Notes under the pieces: generated by a model
Seen by the model: the letters and a program-made list of their open reading frames with translations, nothing else
The model's database searches: none
Told to the model about the DNA's origin: nothing
Program-made: the position numbers and the translations under genes
Source: a virus
Lineage: Duplodnaviria; Caudoviricetes
Length of the DNA: 64,000 nucleotides
Virus record (IMG/VR): IMGVR_UViG_3300031555_003442
Coordinates: 113,809-177,808 of that record
Strand: one strand, 5' to 3'
In this document: one piece after another, positions 8,025-16,742 of the stretch
How positions within the stretch are numbered: position 1 is the stretch's first letter
Layout: the number at the start of each line of letters is the position of its first letter

Positions 8025-9785
8025 TTAGAATTCTAATTCTTCGTCTGGGTCCAGTTCATTCACTCGCCCGTTCCCGTCGTAGAACATGTCATCGTCCGTG
8101 TCGTTTGGATTGTCTGAGTCATATTCTTCTTCGGATGTGCGTACACGTCCTCCGTAGGTCGGTGCTTCGTCTGGATACAATTCTGAGGCTATATCGTAAT
8201 CGGAGGGGGTTTCATCTGCGGGTTCGTCTGTATTTGCGGGCAGCCATAGTATCTTGGTTACAACCTGGAATGGATGTCCTGGCTTATGATATTCTTCATA
8301 ACCCAATACATTACCGTTTTCATCTGGCTGGATGCTATCGAAACTCATGTGATTGACTTTTACGCTCAACGGATTGAACTCTGGAGTAGAATATCGTTGA
8401 AGCTTCGACACCTTGAACTCATCAGGCTCTCTGGTGGCAAGGTCACGGGCTTTCTTGTACCCGTTCAGGAAATCATCGTAAGTTTTGTCACGTCGTATAC
8501 CCAATATGTTTTCACGGGAATTAGAGCTCATCTCGCCAATACATCCGACATCGGGCCCTTCTTTTTCGAGGGGGACCGAATTATCAAAGGCATCGCTCGG
8601 TAACCAGATGTACTTTTCACTGATGTATTCAAATCCAGATTTCCTACCATATTCGAATCCCCAGGCGTTTCCATTTGTATCTTCAGGAATACTATCGTAA
8701 TTTACGTATTGTGCCTGGTTTTCCTCAGTATCAATGAGTGGCATACGATACTTTTTAATCGGTCCGACATCGCCATACGATGCAAATTTATCACGCTGTT
8801 TCAGAAAATCAGCGTAACGCATCTTTGATAAGCTGCTTAAAGCTGAATGTCCATGCCGTGATACATAAACGAAGCCAATATCATCGTCGTCGGGTTCTTG
8901 TGTTTGTCCAAAAGAACCTTCGAGGCAAACCTTTGTTATCTTGCCGACCGCTTCCATCTGATTCTTGCTAAGGCCGAGCTGGCTTACGCCTTCCATGAAA
9001 ATCTTGATTCTTTTATCCATATCGTTACCATTGGTGGATTCACCCAATAGTTTATCACTTTTCTTTTCCATGAAGTTTGTAATCGTCAGGCGGTCACCCA
9101 TGATTTCCTTCAATCGGTTCAAATCTGGGTTGAACCCCTGTCTGGCAATATCGTCCCTGGCCCACAGGTTGAACAGGTCTTCATAAATGATAGCCTGCAA
9201 GTCCGTGTCGAATCGCTGCCATTTTTCGAAATCTCCATAGTATTTGGTGAATGTTAATGGATATACACGGGTTCCCTCACCCTTGTGTATGCGTCCCCAC
9301 ATGAGCTGTTCGATGTTCAGGTCTTCCATAGGAACGTTTTCACGAACGTTGATTGCACATGCTTGATTTCGTACACCAAATTCGTCTATTCGGTATTTTT
9401 TGATGTTTTCTGGGGTGCATTCAAGCGATACAATCAATGCTGCTTGACCTATATCTTCAATGAATGGCTTTCCCGTTGAAAACCATATACAATTAGCTTC
9501 CCCGTTATCGTGGATGCGAAGGCCAGTAGTCAGAATGCTCCTAAGGTCATCATCGGTAAGCCCAGTCATGTAGCCGCAAATGTGGTACAGTTTAGGGTAG
9601 CTTGCTCCGTCTACCGCCTCTTGGAAGATGTGCATTTGTTGCAGATGTTCTTTCGCCTTTTTCTCGGATTTGTGCGAAGACAGGATTTCACCTGTTTCGT
9701 GGCTCTTGATTACCCACTCGGCCAGTTCGCCCTTTGAGTTGCGATGGCCTTTCATGTGGCAGACATATTCGTATAGAGGTTGCAT
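8025..9785 (-). CDS. Late multidomain protein: ART/KptA-like domain, internal shared LxE module, two tandem ~100-aa repeats, acidic tail
   Basis: KLYH..LRSILTTGL..IWFS; repeats YDSIPEDTNGNAWGFE..IWLP and FDSIQPDENGNVLGYE..LWLP; TATAAACT upstream. Confidence 0.6.
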   Translation of the reverse strand: MQPLYEYVCHMKGHRNSKGELAEWVIKSHETGEILSSHKSEKKAKEHLQQMHIFQEAVDGASYPKLYHICGYMTGLTDDDLRSILTTGLRIHDNGEANCIWFSTGKPFIEDIGQAALIVSLECTPENIKKYRIDEFGVRNQACAINVRENVPMEDLNIEQLMWGRIHKGEGTRVYPLTFTKYYGDFEKWQRFDTDLQAIIYEDLFNLWARDDIARQGFNPDLNRLKEIMGDRLTITNFMEKKSDKLLGESTNGNDMDKRIKIFMEGVSQLGLSKNQMEAVGKITKVCLEGSFGQTQEPDDDDIGFVYVSRHGHSALSSLSKMRYADFLKQRDKFASYGDVGPIKKYRMPLIDTEENQAQYVNYDSIPEDTNGNAWGFEYGRKSGFEYISEKYIWLPSDAFDNSVPLEKEGPDVGCIGEMSSNSRENILGIRRDKTYDDFLNGYKKARDLATREPDEFKVSKLQRYSTPEFNPLSVKVNHMSFDSIQPDENGNVLGYEEYHKPGHPFQVVTKILWLPANTDEPADETPSDYDIASELYPDEAPTYGGRVRTSEEEYDSDNPNDTDDDMFYDGNGRVNELDPDEELEF

Positions 9786-9820
9786 AGGGGAAACCAGATA
9801 GTTTTCCCCTACAGTTTATA
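9785..9820 (-). promoter_or_regulatory. Late-type promoter TATAAACT (9820-9813) and hairpin reaching the start codon
   Basis: TAGGGGAAA 9785-9793 / TTTCCCCTA 9803-9811. Confidence 0.6.
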
Positions 9821-9822
9821 CC

Positions 9823-10002
9823 TCATGATAACGCATTACTGATGATATCCCGTGCGACTTCAATGCATGCATCACCAAATCGCCATCCGTTGTTGATGCG
9901 GTCATCGAACCTGTCGGCAATGTCCAATGCGTTGTTGCAGTTAGACAGTTGCTTAATATGGTACGAGACCACTTCCTTGTACTCTTGATAATCTAACGCC
10001 AT
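9823..10002 (-). CDS. Hypothetical protein
   Basis: MALDYQE; operon packing. Confidence 0.55.
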   Translation of the reverse strand: MALDYQEYKEVVSYHIKQLSNCNNALDIADRFDDRINNGWRFGDACIEVARDIISNALS

Positions 10003-10013
10003 TTTAATACCTA

Positions 10014-10313
10014 CTAAAACTGGCATGCCTTGCGTTCGACACGGTAATGGCCGTCGTTCGCATACTGGTATTTCTCCCTCGTAAGTCGGTCTCCGTAATT
10101 AAGGGTGATGCTTTCGACAATGACATTTTCCGTGTTCATTTCGAATTTAAGGTCGAAATCGCAGTTGGTCTTGGCGATGAGGATACCCTCGTGGTAGATT
10201 AACCCCTGGAAACCGTCGGCCTTGCATTCGCATCCGCCGAACACGCCGAAGATGCTCACTAGCAGGCAGAGTGCCCCCAGGAAATACATTACTCGTTTTG
10301 CTTCCTTGCTCAT
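10014..10313 (-). CDS. Putative lipoprotein/membrane-anchored protein
   Basis: Hydrophobic N-terminus ending FGGC; AGGAG RBS. Confidence 0.6.
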   Translation of the reverse strand: MSKEAKRVMYFLGALCLLVSIFGVFGGCECKADGFQGLIYHEGILIAKTNCDFDLKFEMNTENVIVESITLNYGDRLTREKYQYANDGHYRVERKACQF

Positions 10314-10329
10314 ACTTTATCTCCTTTAT

Positions 10330-10671
10330 TTAAAACGGTAGTTCCTCATCCACAGAAGGGCTAGCCTCCTTGGGAGGGTTGAATGGTGGGTAATACTTTC
10401 CCTTCACGTATTGCCTCGGGCGGTTCCATTTCTCGTACAGGAGGAAGGGGAGAAGGACCCTGCTTACGAATCGGTACGCCAGAATAATCTTGGTAGCGAA
10501 CCTTCCGTGGAAGTCTTCTGGGTACATCTCGTTGAGCTCTCGGTACGCTTCATCGTCGGAAACCTGTTCGCCATAGTAATCCCCAGTGATGCTTACATAG
10601 ATTTCGCTGAAATAAACGCAGTTGCGGCAACAAGATGTTGCGTAGCGACGGCAACGGTCACATACAATCAT
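10330..10671 (-). CDS. Hypothetical Cys-rich protein
   Basis: CDRC..CCRNC; ATGA overlap. Confidence 0.6.
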   Translation of the reverse strand: MIVCDRCRRYATSCCRNCVYFSEIYVSITGDYYGEQVSDDEAYRELNEMYPEDFHGRFATKIILAYRFVSRVLLPFLLYEKWNRPRQYVKGKYYPPFNPPKEASPSVDEELPF

Positions 10672-10976
10672 TTTGTTTCCTTGTTGAAAGCGATGTTTTC
10701 TACCTGTTCGGCACCGAATTCTACGATGGTCGGGATGTAGTCGTCCTCGTCCTCATCGTTGAGGTCACGGCAAGCACGTTCGGCCTGCCCCAGGGATGAG
10801 TAGTGAAGGCCAGTCGCAGGGTTGTCACTACACTCACAGAATCGAACCTTCTGCAACCAACCTCGGTTTAGAATCTTGCCTTTTATCTTCCACTGTACGA
10901 ATACCATCCAGAAATGGAATGAGACATCCTTCGTAGGGAAATTGCGTTCTTCATATGGAAGTGCTGTTCTACCCAT
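10668..10976 (-). CDS. Hypothetical protein
   Basis: Operon packing. Confidence 0.6.
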   Translation of the reverse strand: MGRTALPYEERNFPTKDVSFHFWMVFVQWKIKGKILNRGWLQKVRFCECSDNPATGLHYSSLGQAERACRDLNDEDEDDYIPTIVEFGAEQVENIAFNKETK

Positions 10977-10978
10977 TG

Positions 10979-11362
10979 TTATACCCCCATGTCTGGTGTA
11001 CGGCAGCCGAGATTGTTTGACTTCGGCTTTGCCTTGCCGTCATTCCAGCACTTGAACTGACATTCTGGGCAGGACGTGTAGTAGTCCACAATCACCTCGG
11101 GTATCCATGTGTCGGTGCCGCTGATGTTGCGTTCGCTCTGGAGTTCCCGTGTCTTGCATTCAGTGATTTTCGTCTTGAACTCGCATCCGCATCTCGGGCA
11201 CTTAAAGTCGAAGTACGGATTGCCGTGCTTGGTAATCTCGGTCGAGTCTGCCACAGGCTTGTTGGCTTGCTTGTCGATAGATTGCGGGTCGATATCGTCG
11301 ACCGCTTCAAACCAGCCCCAGAATGTTTTCCACGATTTTTTAATCAGTTGTTTGATATCCAT
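10979..11362 (-). CDS. Zinc-ribbon protein
   Basis: FKCPRCGCEF...CPEC. Confidence 0.65.
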   Translation of the reverse strand: MDIKQLIKKSWKTFWGWFEAVDDIDPQSIDKQANKPVADSTEITKHGNPYFDFKCPRCGCEFKTKITECKTRELQSERNISGTDTWIPEVIVDYYTSCPECQFKCWNDGKAKPKSNNLGCRTPDMGV

Positions 11363-11363
11363 G

Positions 11364-11603
11364 TTATCCCTTCTTTTCTTCACGGTCATCGACAGTCAAT
11401 GACAAGATAATCTTTTTGCCAGTAGGGAGTTTCCATGTGATTTCATAGGTATCGCTCCCCTTTTCAATCTTTCCCTTCATGTACTCGGCGACGGCACAGA
11501 GCGCCTCGTCGGTTACATCGTTCTTCTTCTTCCAGACGCCAGGTTTTGTTATTGTTCCTGCATAGATTGCTGCCATACCGCAGCCGACGTGGTATTCCGC
11601 CAT
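11364..11603 (-). CDS. Hypothetical phage protein
   Basis: AAGGAG RBS; IYAG..W..K.DVTDEA. Confidence 0.7.
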   Translation of the reverse strand: MAEYHVGCGMAAIYAGTITKPGVWKKKNDVTDEALCAVAEYMKGKIEKGSDTYEITWKLPTGKKIILSLTVDDREEKKG

Positions 11604-11667
11604 GTTTACTCCTTGTTTAAAATTTTAGAAACCAGCTCAGGTGGGTTCGACTCCCAAGGGCGTGCAT

Positions 11668-11931
11668 TCACGTCGACTTTTCTGGATGAAGCATGACGTG
11701 GAGCGGTATGCCGTACTGAATCGGGGTTTCCTTCTGCTCTTCACGGGCCGCTTTCAGCAAGGTGATGATTTCACCCTCGGTGGCACATCCGCAGTCCTGC
11801 TCGTCGATGAGCAGCGTAGTTTCTTCTTCCGAATGGTGCTTGCGGTATTCTGCCAACAGTATGTCAAATACTTCTGTGGAAACAAGGACGCACTTGTCCA
11901 GAGTCTCGATGGCGTTTTCGATTGAACACAT
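11668..11931 (-). CDS. Hypothetical protein
   Basis: First ORF after promoter at 12024. Confidence 0.55.
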   Translation of the reverse strand: MCSIENAIETLDKCVLVSTEVFDILLAEYRKHHSEEETTLLIDEQDCGCATEGEIITLLKAAREEQKETPIQYGIPLHVMLHPEKST

Positions 11932-11991
11932 GTATTTTACCCGATTGGTTTAATTTCAGTTTTTCGCAATGTTTAATTGGTTTCCTCGCCG

Positions 11992-11999
11992 TATAAATA
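11992..11999 (+). promoter_or_regulatory. T4-consensus late promoter TATAAATA
   Basis: 35 nt upstream of ORF 12035, which has a GAGG RBS. Confidence 0.5.
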
Positions 12000-12024
12000 T
12001 ATTTTAAATATGTAAATTTGTCAA
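11996..12024 (-). promoter_or_regulatory. Sigma70-like early promoter
   Basis: TTGACA-N17-TATATT on minus strand. Confidence 0.7.
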
Positions 12025-12034
12025 GAGGAAACCA

Positions 12035-12232
12035 ATGCTTCCATACGAAAATAATGAACCTGGATTGGTTCACCAGTATCAAGCGGAGTGTCACGACCCC
12101 GCCATCGGGGCCGAATGCCACAATCCAGCCATCCAGGCAGAGGCGTCCGACCTCGTGCGTAAGAACTGTGCTGGATTTCGTCGCATAAATTACGATGCAA
12201 ACGGATTTCCCGTCCCTAATGAAACTTGGTAA
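12035..12232 (+). CDS. Small protein with internal 9-aa repeat
   Basis: AECHDPAIG-AECHNPAIQ-AE; RBS and late motif. Confidence 0.55.
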   Translation: MLPYENNEPGLVHQYQAECHDPAIGAECHNPAIQAEASDLVRKNCAGFRRINYDANGFPVPNETW

Positions 12233-12242
12233 CGGGGATGTC

Positions 12243-12271
12243 TTGCCAAAATATGGAACATTGTCTATATT
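12243..12271 (+). promoter_or_regulatory. Sigma70-like early promoter
   Basis: TTGCCA-N17-TATATT. Confidence 0.7.
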
Positions 12272-12308
12272 TTGACTGATTGCGTACTTTTCAAAATGGA
12301 TTTAATTT

Positions 12309-13082
12309 ATGATTATTATTGACCCTCACCCGTTCGTATTCAAGCAGGTCAAGACCATGCTTGGAGAATTGTGCAACAAGCCCAAGTATGAAAAGACCAT
12401 GGTCGTGCTCGGGTACAACGTGATGGCGTGTTCCGAAGCAAGACGCCTTAAAGCGAAGCATCCCGACCACAAGCTCGTTATTTACAACATGGAGCAACTC
12501 TACCGTGGGAGCCCATGGATTAACTCGAATACGAGAGCATGGTTCGAACAGGCTGATGAAATTTGGGATTACAACCTTGAAAACATCAAGTTCTTCGCCG
12601 AAGTTCTCGGCTACAAGGCCTCCTACCATCCAGTAAAGTGGGTCGAGTCCCTTAAAACCCTGGAACAGGTGAAGCCAGAGGACATGCTTTACGACGTGCT
12701 GTTCTATGGCGAGGAGACTCCGAGAAGAACCAAGCTTATAGGGGCGATGCGTGCGGCACACCGTGATTGGGCGATAATTACGGCAACTGGCGTAACTGGA
12801 AAGGCTCTCGACTACCTCATAGCCCACTCAAAGATTATCCTGAACGTGCATGCTTTCCCACAGTACCAGTGCCAGGAAATCGTTCGCATGTTCTACCCGC
12901 TAATCAACGGGAAGTGCATAGTCAGCGAACCGTCCAAGAACGACGGCTATGCGGGCGATGCAATCGTCTATTCATCCTACGACAACATGATTGAAACAGT
13001 TAAGGGTCTTCTTACCGATGGCAAATGGATTAACGTCGCTTCTGAGGCGTCTGATAGGTTCCGCAGACACACCACCAAGTAG
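12309..13082 (+). CDS. Glycosyltransferase (GT-B, Glyco_trans_1_2-like)
   Basis: YNMEQL, IWDY, YDVLFYG..RR, SKIILNVH, EIVR..LINGKCIVSE. Confidence 0.75.
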   Translation: MIIIDPHPFVFKQVKTMLGELCNKPKYEKTMVVLGYNVMACSEARRLKAKHPDHKLVIYNMEQLYRGSPWINSNTRAWFEQADEIWDYNLENIKFFAEVLGYKASYHPVKWVESLKTLEQVKPEDMLYDVLFYGEETPRRTKLIGAMRAAHRDWAIITATGVTGKALDYLIAHSKIILNVHAFPQYQCQEIVRMFYPLINGKCIVSEPSKNDGYAGDAIVYSSYDNMIETVKGLLTDGKWINVASEASDRFRRHTTK

Positions 13083-13914
13083 TGAGCCTGTAAAGGAAAC
13101 CAAGCCTCCTAGCAAAGTGTACAAGTACACTGTCATCGAGTGTATCCTCGAAGGCTATGAGCCATTGCGGGAAGTCAAGCACGCCAAGTCCGATGTCCAT
13201 TACCTGCTGATAACCGACAACAAGAGACTGAAGAGCAAGACCTGGGATGTACACCACATTTCCGAATACCCGTGCCTGTCTGGAATCAACGACGTTATAG
13301 GGATACTGAACTATGTCCGCTACCACACGTTCGAGTTTGCGGACACCGCAGTGTCCATATACATCGACGCCAGCATGATGATAAACAAGCCGCTGGACAA
13401 GCTCTACGAGGACTTTGTCAACTCCAATTCGGATATCGGGCTCGCCATACATCCGTACAGGACGAACGTGTACGAGGAACTAAATGCGTGGCATACGGCC
13501 CGTGGTCTTTCCGCAGAGGAAGTGACCGCCCAGAGGAAGCTGTTCGCAAAGACCTCGTTCAACAAGGCAGTCCTGTTCCAGTCTGGTATCATCATCCGAA
13601 GGAACGTGAAGATTGTCCAGATAATCGACGACATAACATGGTCCTTCCTGAAACTGACTGGGGTGAACTGTTCTTCTGCGAGGGTTGACCAGACCGTCCT
13701 TACCTATGTACTCGCCACTTATTTCAGCGGGGTGAAGTTCCTCCTGTTCACGCAGCACCTGATTCAATCCAGTTACATCACATGGTGCAAGCACGGTTCT
13801 GACCAGCCAATCCTCATAGACAAGAGGTACTATGTCAGGCCGTCCGTGTTCGGTGTACTCGTGAACCCTTATATGATTGAACCGACAGAATCGCCTGGAA
13901 ATAAGATAATTTAA
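13018..13914 (+). CDS. DUF616 (TOD1/MUCI70-like) glycosyltransferase
   Basis: GYEPL, ITDN, SIYIDAS, HPYRTNVYEE, RVDQ; start uncertain. Confidence 0.72.
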   Translation: MANGLTSLLRRLIGSADTPPSSEPVKETKPPSKVYKYTVIECILEGYEPLREVKHAKSDVHYLLITDNKRLKSKTWDVHHISEYPCLSGINDVIGILNYVRYHTFEFADTAVSIYIDASMMINKPLDKLYEDFVNSNSDIGLAIHPYRTNVYEELNAWHTARGLSAEEVTAQRKLFAKTSFNKAVLFQSGIIIRRNVKIVQIIDDITWSFLKLTGVNCSSARVDQTVLTYVLATYFSGVKFLLFTQHLIQSSYITWCKHGSDQPILIDKRYYVRPSVFGVLVNPYMIEPTESPGNKII

Positions 13915-13950
13915 CTACGACGGCTTACGATGGCCGCCAAGGATACTTGA

Positions 13951-15087
13951 ATGCAGTTTGGTGTTATCGAGAAGAGAATTACACGTTTATGGAACAAGAC
14001 CCCAGCATTGCTCATCGGACCTCCTGGAATAGGAAAGACGCAGTTCTGCCGTGGCCTTGCAGCAAAGCTTGGATTGAACCTTGTCTGCCTCGACTGTTCG
14101 CAGTCGGGGGACTCTGGCGACCTTATAGGATTGCTTGAAATTGAGAACCATGTACACCACCATACGAAACCCGCCTGGATGGACACGACGGAAGCGACCC
14201 TCGTCTTCATCGACGAAATCAACAGGGCCAAGGGCGAAATCATCGCCGCCCTGATGAAACTGTGTTCCCCAGAACAGTCGTTCAACGGTTTCACTCTCCC
14301 AGAGGGCTCCCGTGTCGTTGTCGCAATCAACCCTTCCAGCGTGGATTCCAACCAGGTGCTTCCAATCAACCGTGCGCTTTTCACCCGTTTCGCCAGATAC
14401 CACGTCGAGGTGGACGCTAAGTACTGGTGCAGGTGGGCCGCAAACGCTGGAATCAACCAGACAATCATACGCTTCATCGACAGCCACAACAACGCCCTCT
14501 ATGTGGATGATACCGAGCTTGATTCGGAAGACGAAAACACGGCCAACCCCCGTTCATGGGAGAATTTCGCCCGTCTTTTCGACAACGCATACAAGGCGGG
14601 CGACTATGTGGACGAAAACGGCCTGCCAAGACCAGGCGGGATGGAAACCCTGCTGGTAGACGCCACTTCCACGCTCGGCCCCGACATGGCCAAGACTTTC
14701 ACCGAATGGTTCAAGAAGAACGGGAATAAGCTCGATGCAGAGGATGTTCTTCATGCGAACGAATGGGACTGGGTGAAATTCAAGAGTATCATCGACGGGA
14801 TGAGCGCAATGCAGCTTACAAAGCTGAGCGATGCCATCGTCAGCAAGATGGCGAACGCCTACGAGAATTCAAGGCAGACGAGGACTATGTCCCTGAACTT
14901 CTGGTACTACTACTTCGCAGTCAAGCCAGAGATAAAGGCCCAGATGTACAACATGCACCTGATAGACCTTGTCCTGCAGATTTCCGAGGGAAAGGACAAC
15001 TGGCTCTCTCGCCTGAGGGAACATGTCGGCGAAGATAAGAAGATGATGCTCAAATCCAGTTTCAGCGAGTTCAACCAGGTTAACTGA
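13951..15087 (+). CDS. MoxR-like AAA+ ATPase
   Basis: GPPGIGKT, VFIDEINR, ALFTRF, NPRSWE. Confidence 0.88.
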   Translation: MQFGVIEKRITRLWNKTPALLIGPPGIGKTQFCRGLAAKLGLNLVCLDCSQSGDSGDLIGLLEIENHVHHHTKPAWMDTTEATLVFIDEINRAKGEIIAALMKLCSPEQSFNGFTLPEGSRVVVAINPSSVDSNQVLPINRALFTRFARYHVEVDAKYWCRWAANAGINQTIIRFIDSHNNALYVDDTELDSEDENTANPRSWENFARLFDNAYKAGDYVDENGLPRPGGMETLLVDATSTLGPDMAKTFTEWFKKNGNKLDAEDVLHANEWDWVKFKSIIDGMSAMQLTKLSDAIVSKMANAYENSRQTRTMSLNFWYYYFAVKPEIKAQMYNMHLIDLVLQISEGKDNWLSRLREHVGEDKKMMLKSSFSEFNQVN

Positions 15088-16403
15088 TGTCCGCTCTCAG
15101 CAAGATAGAACAGGCCAAGGTAATTCTAGGCTCCGTGAATCCAGCCGCCATGTGCTACATAAACATGGCGCACCCTATCGTCGAGGACGACAGGACGGCT
15201 ACGCTCATGCTCGACGCACACATTCCTGGGGAACTCTACCTTGTCGCAAACAGCGGCTGGGTCAACAGGATGGACATGAGCGACCTCGCCAAGATTCTTT
15301 ACATAGAGGCTTCCCGAATTGCGTTGCAACATGTGACCAAACGTGCGGTCGACAACAAATTCAATCTGCTTTCGAGCGACATAATCTGCTACTCGATGGC
15401 GAGGGGATGCCTCACCCTGAACGGAACGTCCTTCCCAGACTCGCTGGACAGGAGCAAGGCGAACATCTACTACGAGCAGGGCAAGGTGCTGTACAAGCAC
15501 GAGACTGGAAATGAATGGACGGACGAGTGCGATTTCCACGAGAGGGTGGCCATGTGGATGGAACGGGCCGCCAACAATTCTGACGACGGGGATGCCGACC
15601 CAGATTCTGACGGCCAGCCTGACGAATCGGCTGGTGGCGACGGCGATGGAAGCCCGCAGGGAGCCCTCGATGCATACTTCTGTGACGAAACCCGTTCCGA
15701 GAACTGGTCGCCCAACGAGACCGTTTCGAGCGACATCGCCATGGAGACGAAGCATCTCGAAGAGAACGGAGGGTTCGACGGGACTGGCTGGGGCCTGAGC
15801 GCAGGGAACATCATGCTGAAGATTCTTGCCGCACAGGAACCTCCCGTAGATTACAGGAGGATAATCCGTTCGTTCGTCGGCACGGTCGTTTCCCAGCGTA
15901 CGGAATCGACCCGACTGAGGCAGAACAGGCGTTACAACCTGCTGTTCCCAGGCCAGCGTTCCGTATACGACTGCAAGCTGCTCCTTGCCGCAGACTCGTC
16001 TGGTTCTATGGATGACGACGACCTGTCTGCTGCTGGTTGCCTTATAGCAAAGATAGCGACTGGATGCCAGATAGACTACTGCTGGTGGGACTGTAACTGC
16101 ACCCTGCCGAAGACATTCAAGCGTGGATTTTCCAAGAGCGGGTTCGATGTCGAGGGACGTGGCGGGACGAACCCCCAGTGCGTTTTCGACATGCTCGGGG
16201 ATAATAAACTGATGGGGAAGTATTCGGGCATCATCATCTTTTCCGACATGATTTTCGACGAGATACCTAAACCAAAGGGCATTCCAGTCGACAACATGCT
16301 GTGGATATGCACCGCTGACGGTAGCGAGCCCCCGAGCTGGGTTCCACGCCGTAGGATTATGCGGTGCAAGGAAATTATGAGTTGCATCAAAAAAAGGACT
16401 TGA
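15087..16403 (+). CDS. DUF2201-type peptidase-like + vWA domain protein
   Basis: MIDAS ADSSGSM, GRGGTN, IIFSD; acidic linker; coupled to AAA gene. Confidence 0.85.
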   Translation: MSALSKIEQAKVILGSVNPAAMCYINMAHPIVEDDRTATLMLDAHIPGELYLVANSGWVNRMDMSDLAKILYIEASRIALQHVTKRAVDNKFNLLSSDIICYSMARGCLTLNGTSFPDSLDRSKANIYYEQGKVLYKHETGNEWTDECDFHERVAMWMERAANNSDDGDADPDSDGQPDESAGGDGDGSPQGALDAYFCDETRSENWSPNETVSSDIAMETKHLEENGGFDGTGWGLSAGNIMLKILAAQEPPVDYRRIIRSFVGTVVSQRTESTRLRQNRRYNLLFPGQRSVYDCKLLLAADSSGSMDDDDLSAAGCLIAKIATGCQIDYCWWDCNCTLPKTFKRGFSKSGFDVEGRGGTNPQCVFDMLGDNKLMGKYSGIIIFSDMIFDEIPKPKGIPVDNMLWICTADGSEPPSWVPRRRIMRCKEIMSCIKKRT

Positions 16404-16428
16404 ATTTTTGTACAAGTATGGTTATATT
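16400..16428 (+). promoter_or_regulatory. Sigma70-like promoter for polymerase operon
   Basis: TTGAAT-N17-TATATT. Confidence 0.6.
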
Positions 16429-16481
16429 TATATGTATATAGTTAGCTTGTTCATAATATAGTTAATTAAATCGAGGCTATT

Positions 16482-16730
16482 ATGAAGAAAATGTTGTTTA
16501 TCATTGCGGTGCTTGCTGCTTTCGCTTTCTCGAAGCAGACATACGACACCAAGTGTTCAATCCTTGTGGCGAACGGTCAGTCCGTTACATACAGATGCAC
16601 CAACGGAATGGATGTTACCCTCGTGTTCGCACCCGACGTGAAGATTCCGACAAAGGTTTTCTACGACAGCAAGACTGGCTTCTTCGACCCAGATACCGAA
16701 CGAAAGTTGAAGGTCAACATCAATAAATAA
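16482..16730 (+). CDS. Small secreted protein
   Basis: Signal peptide MKKMLFIIAVLAAFAFS; GAGG RBS. Confidence 0.7.
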   Translation: MKKMLFIIAVLAAFAFSKQTYDTKCSILVANGQSVTYRCTNGMDVTLVFAPDVKIPTKVFYDSKTGFFDPDTERKLKVNINK

Positions 16731-16742
16731 TGTGGTTCCGAT

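Noticed and set aside
11641-11667. tRNA T-arm-like GTGGGTTCGACTCCCA
   Set aside because: No D-arm, anticodon arm or matching acceptor stem upstream; at most a remnant
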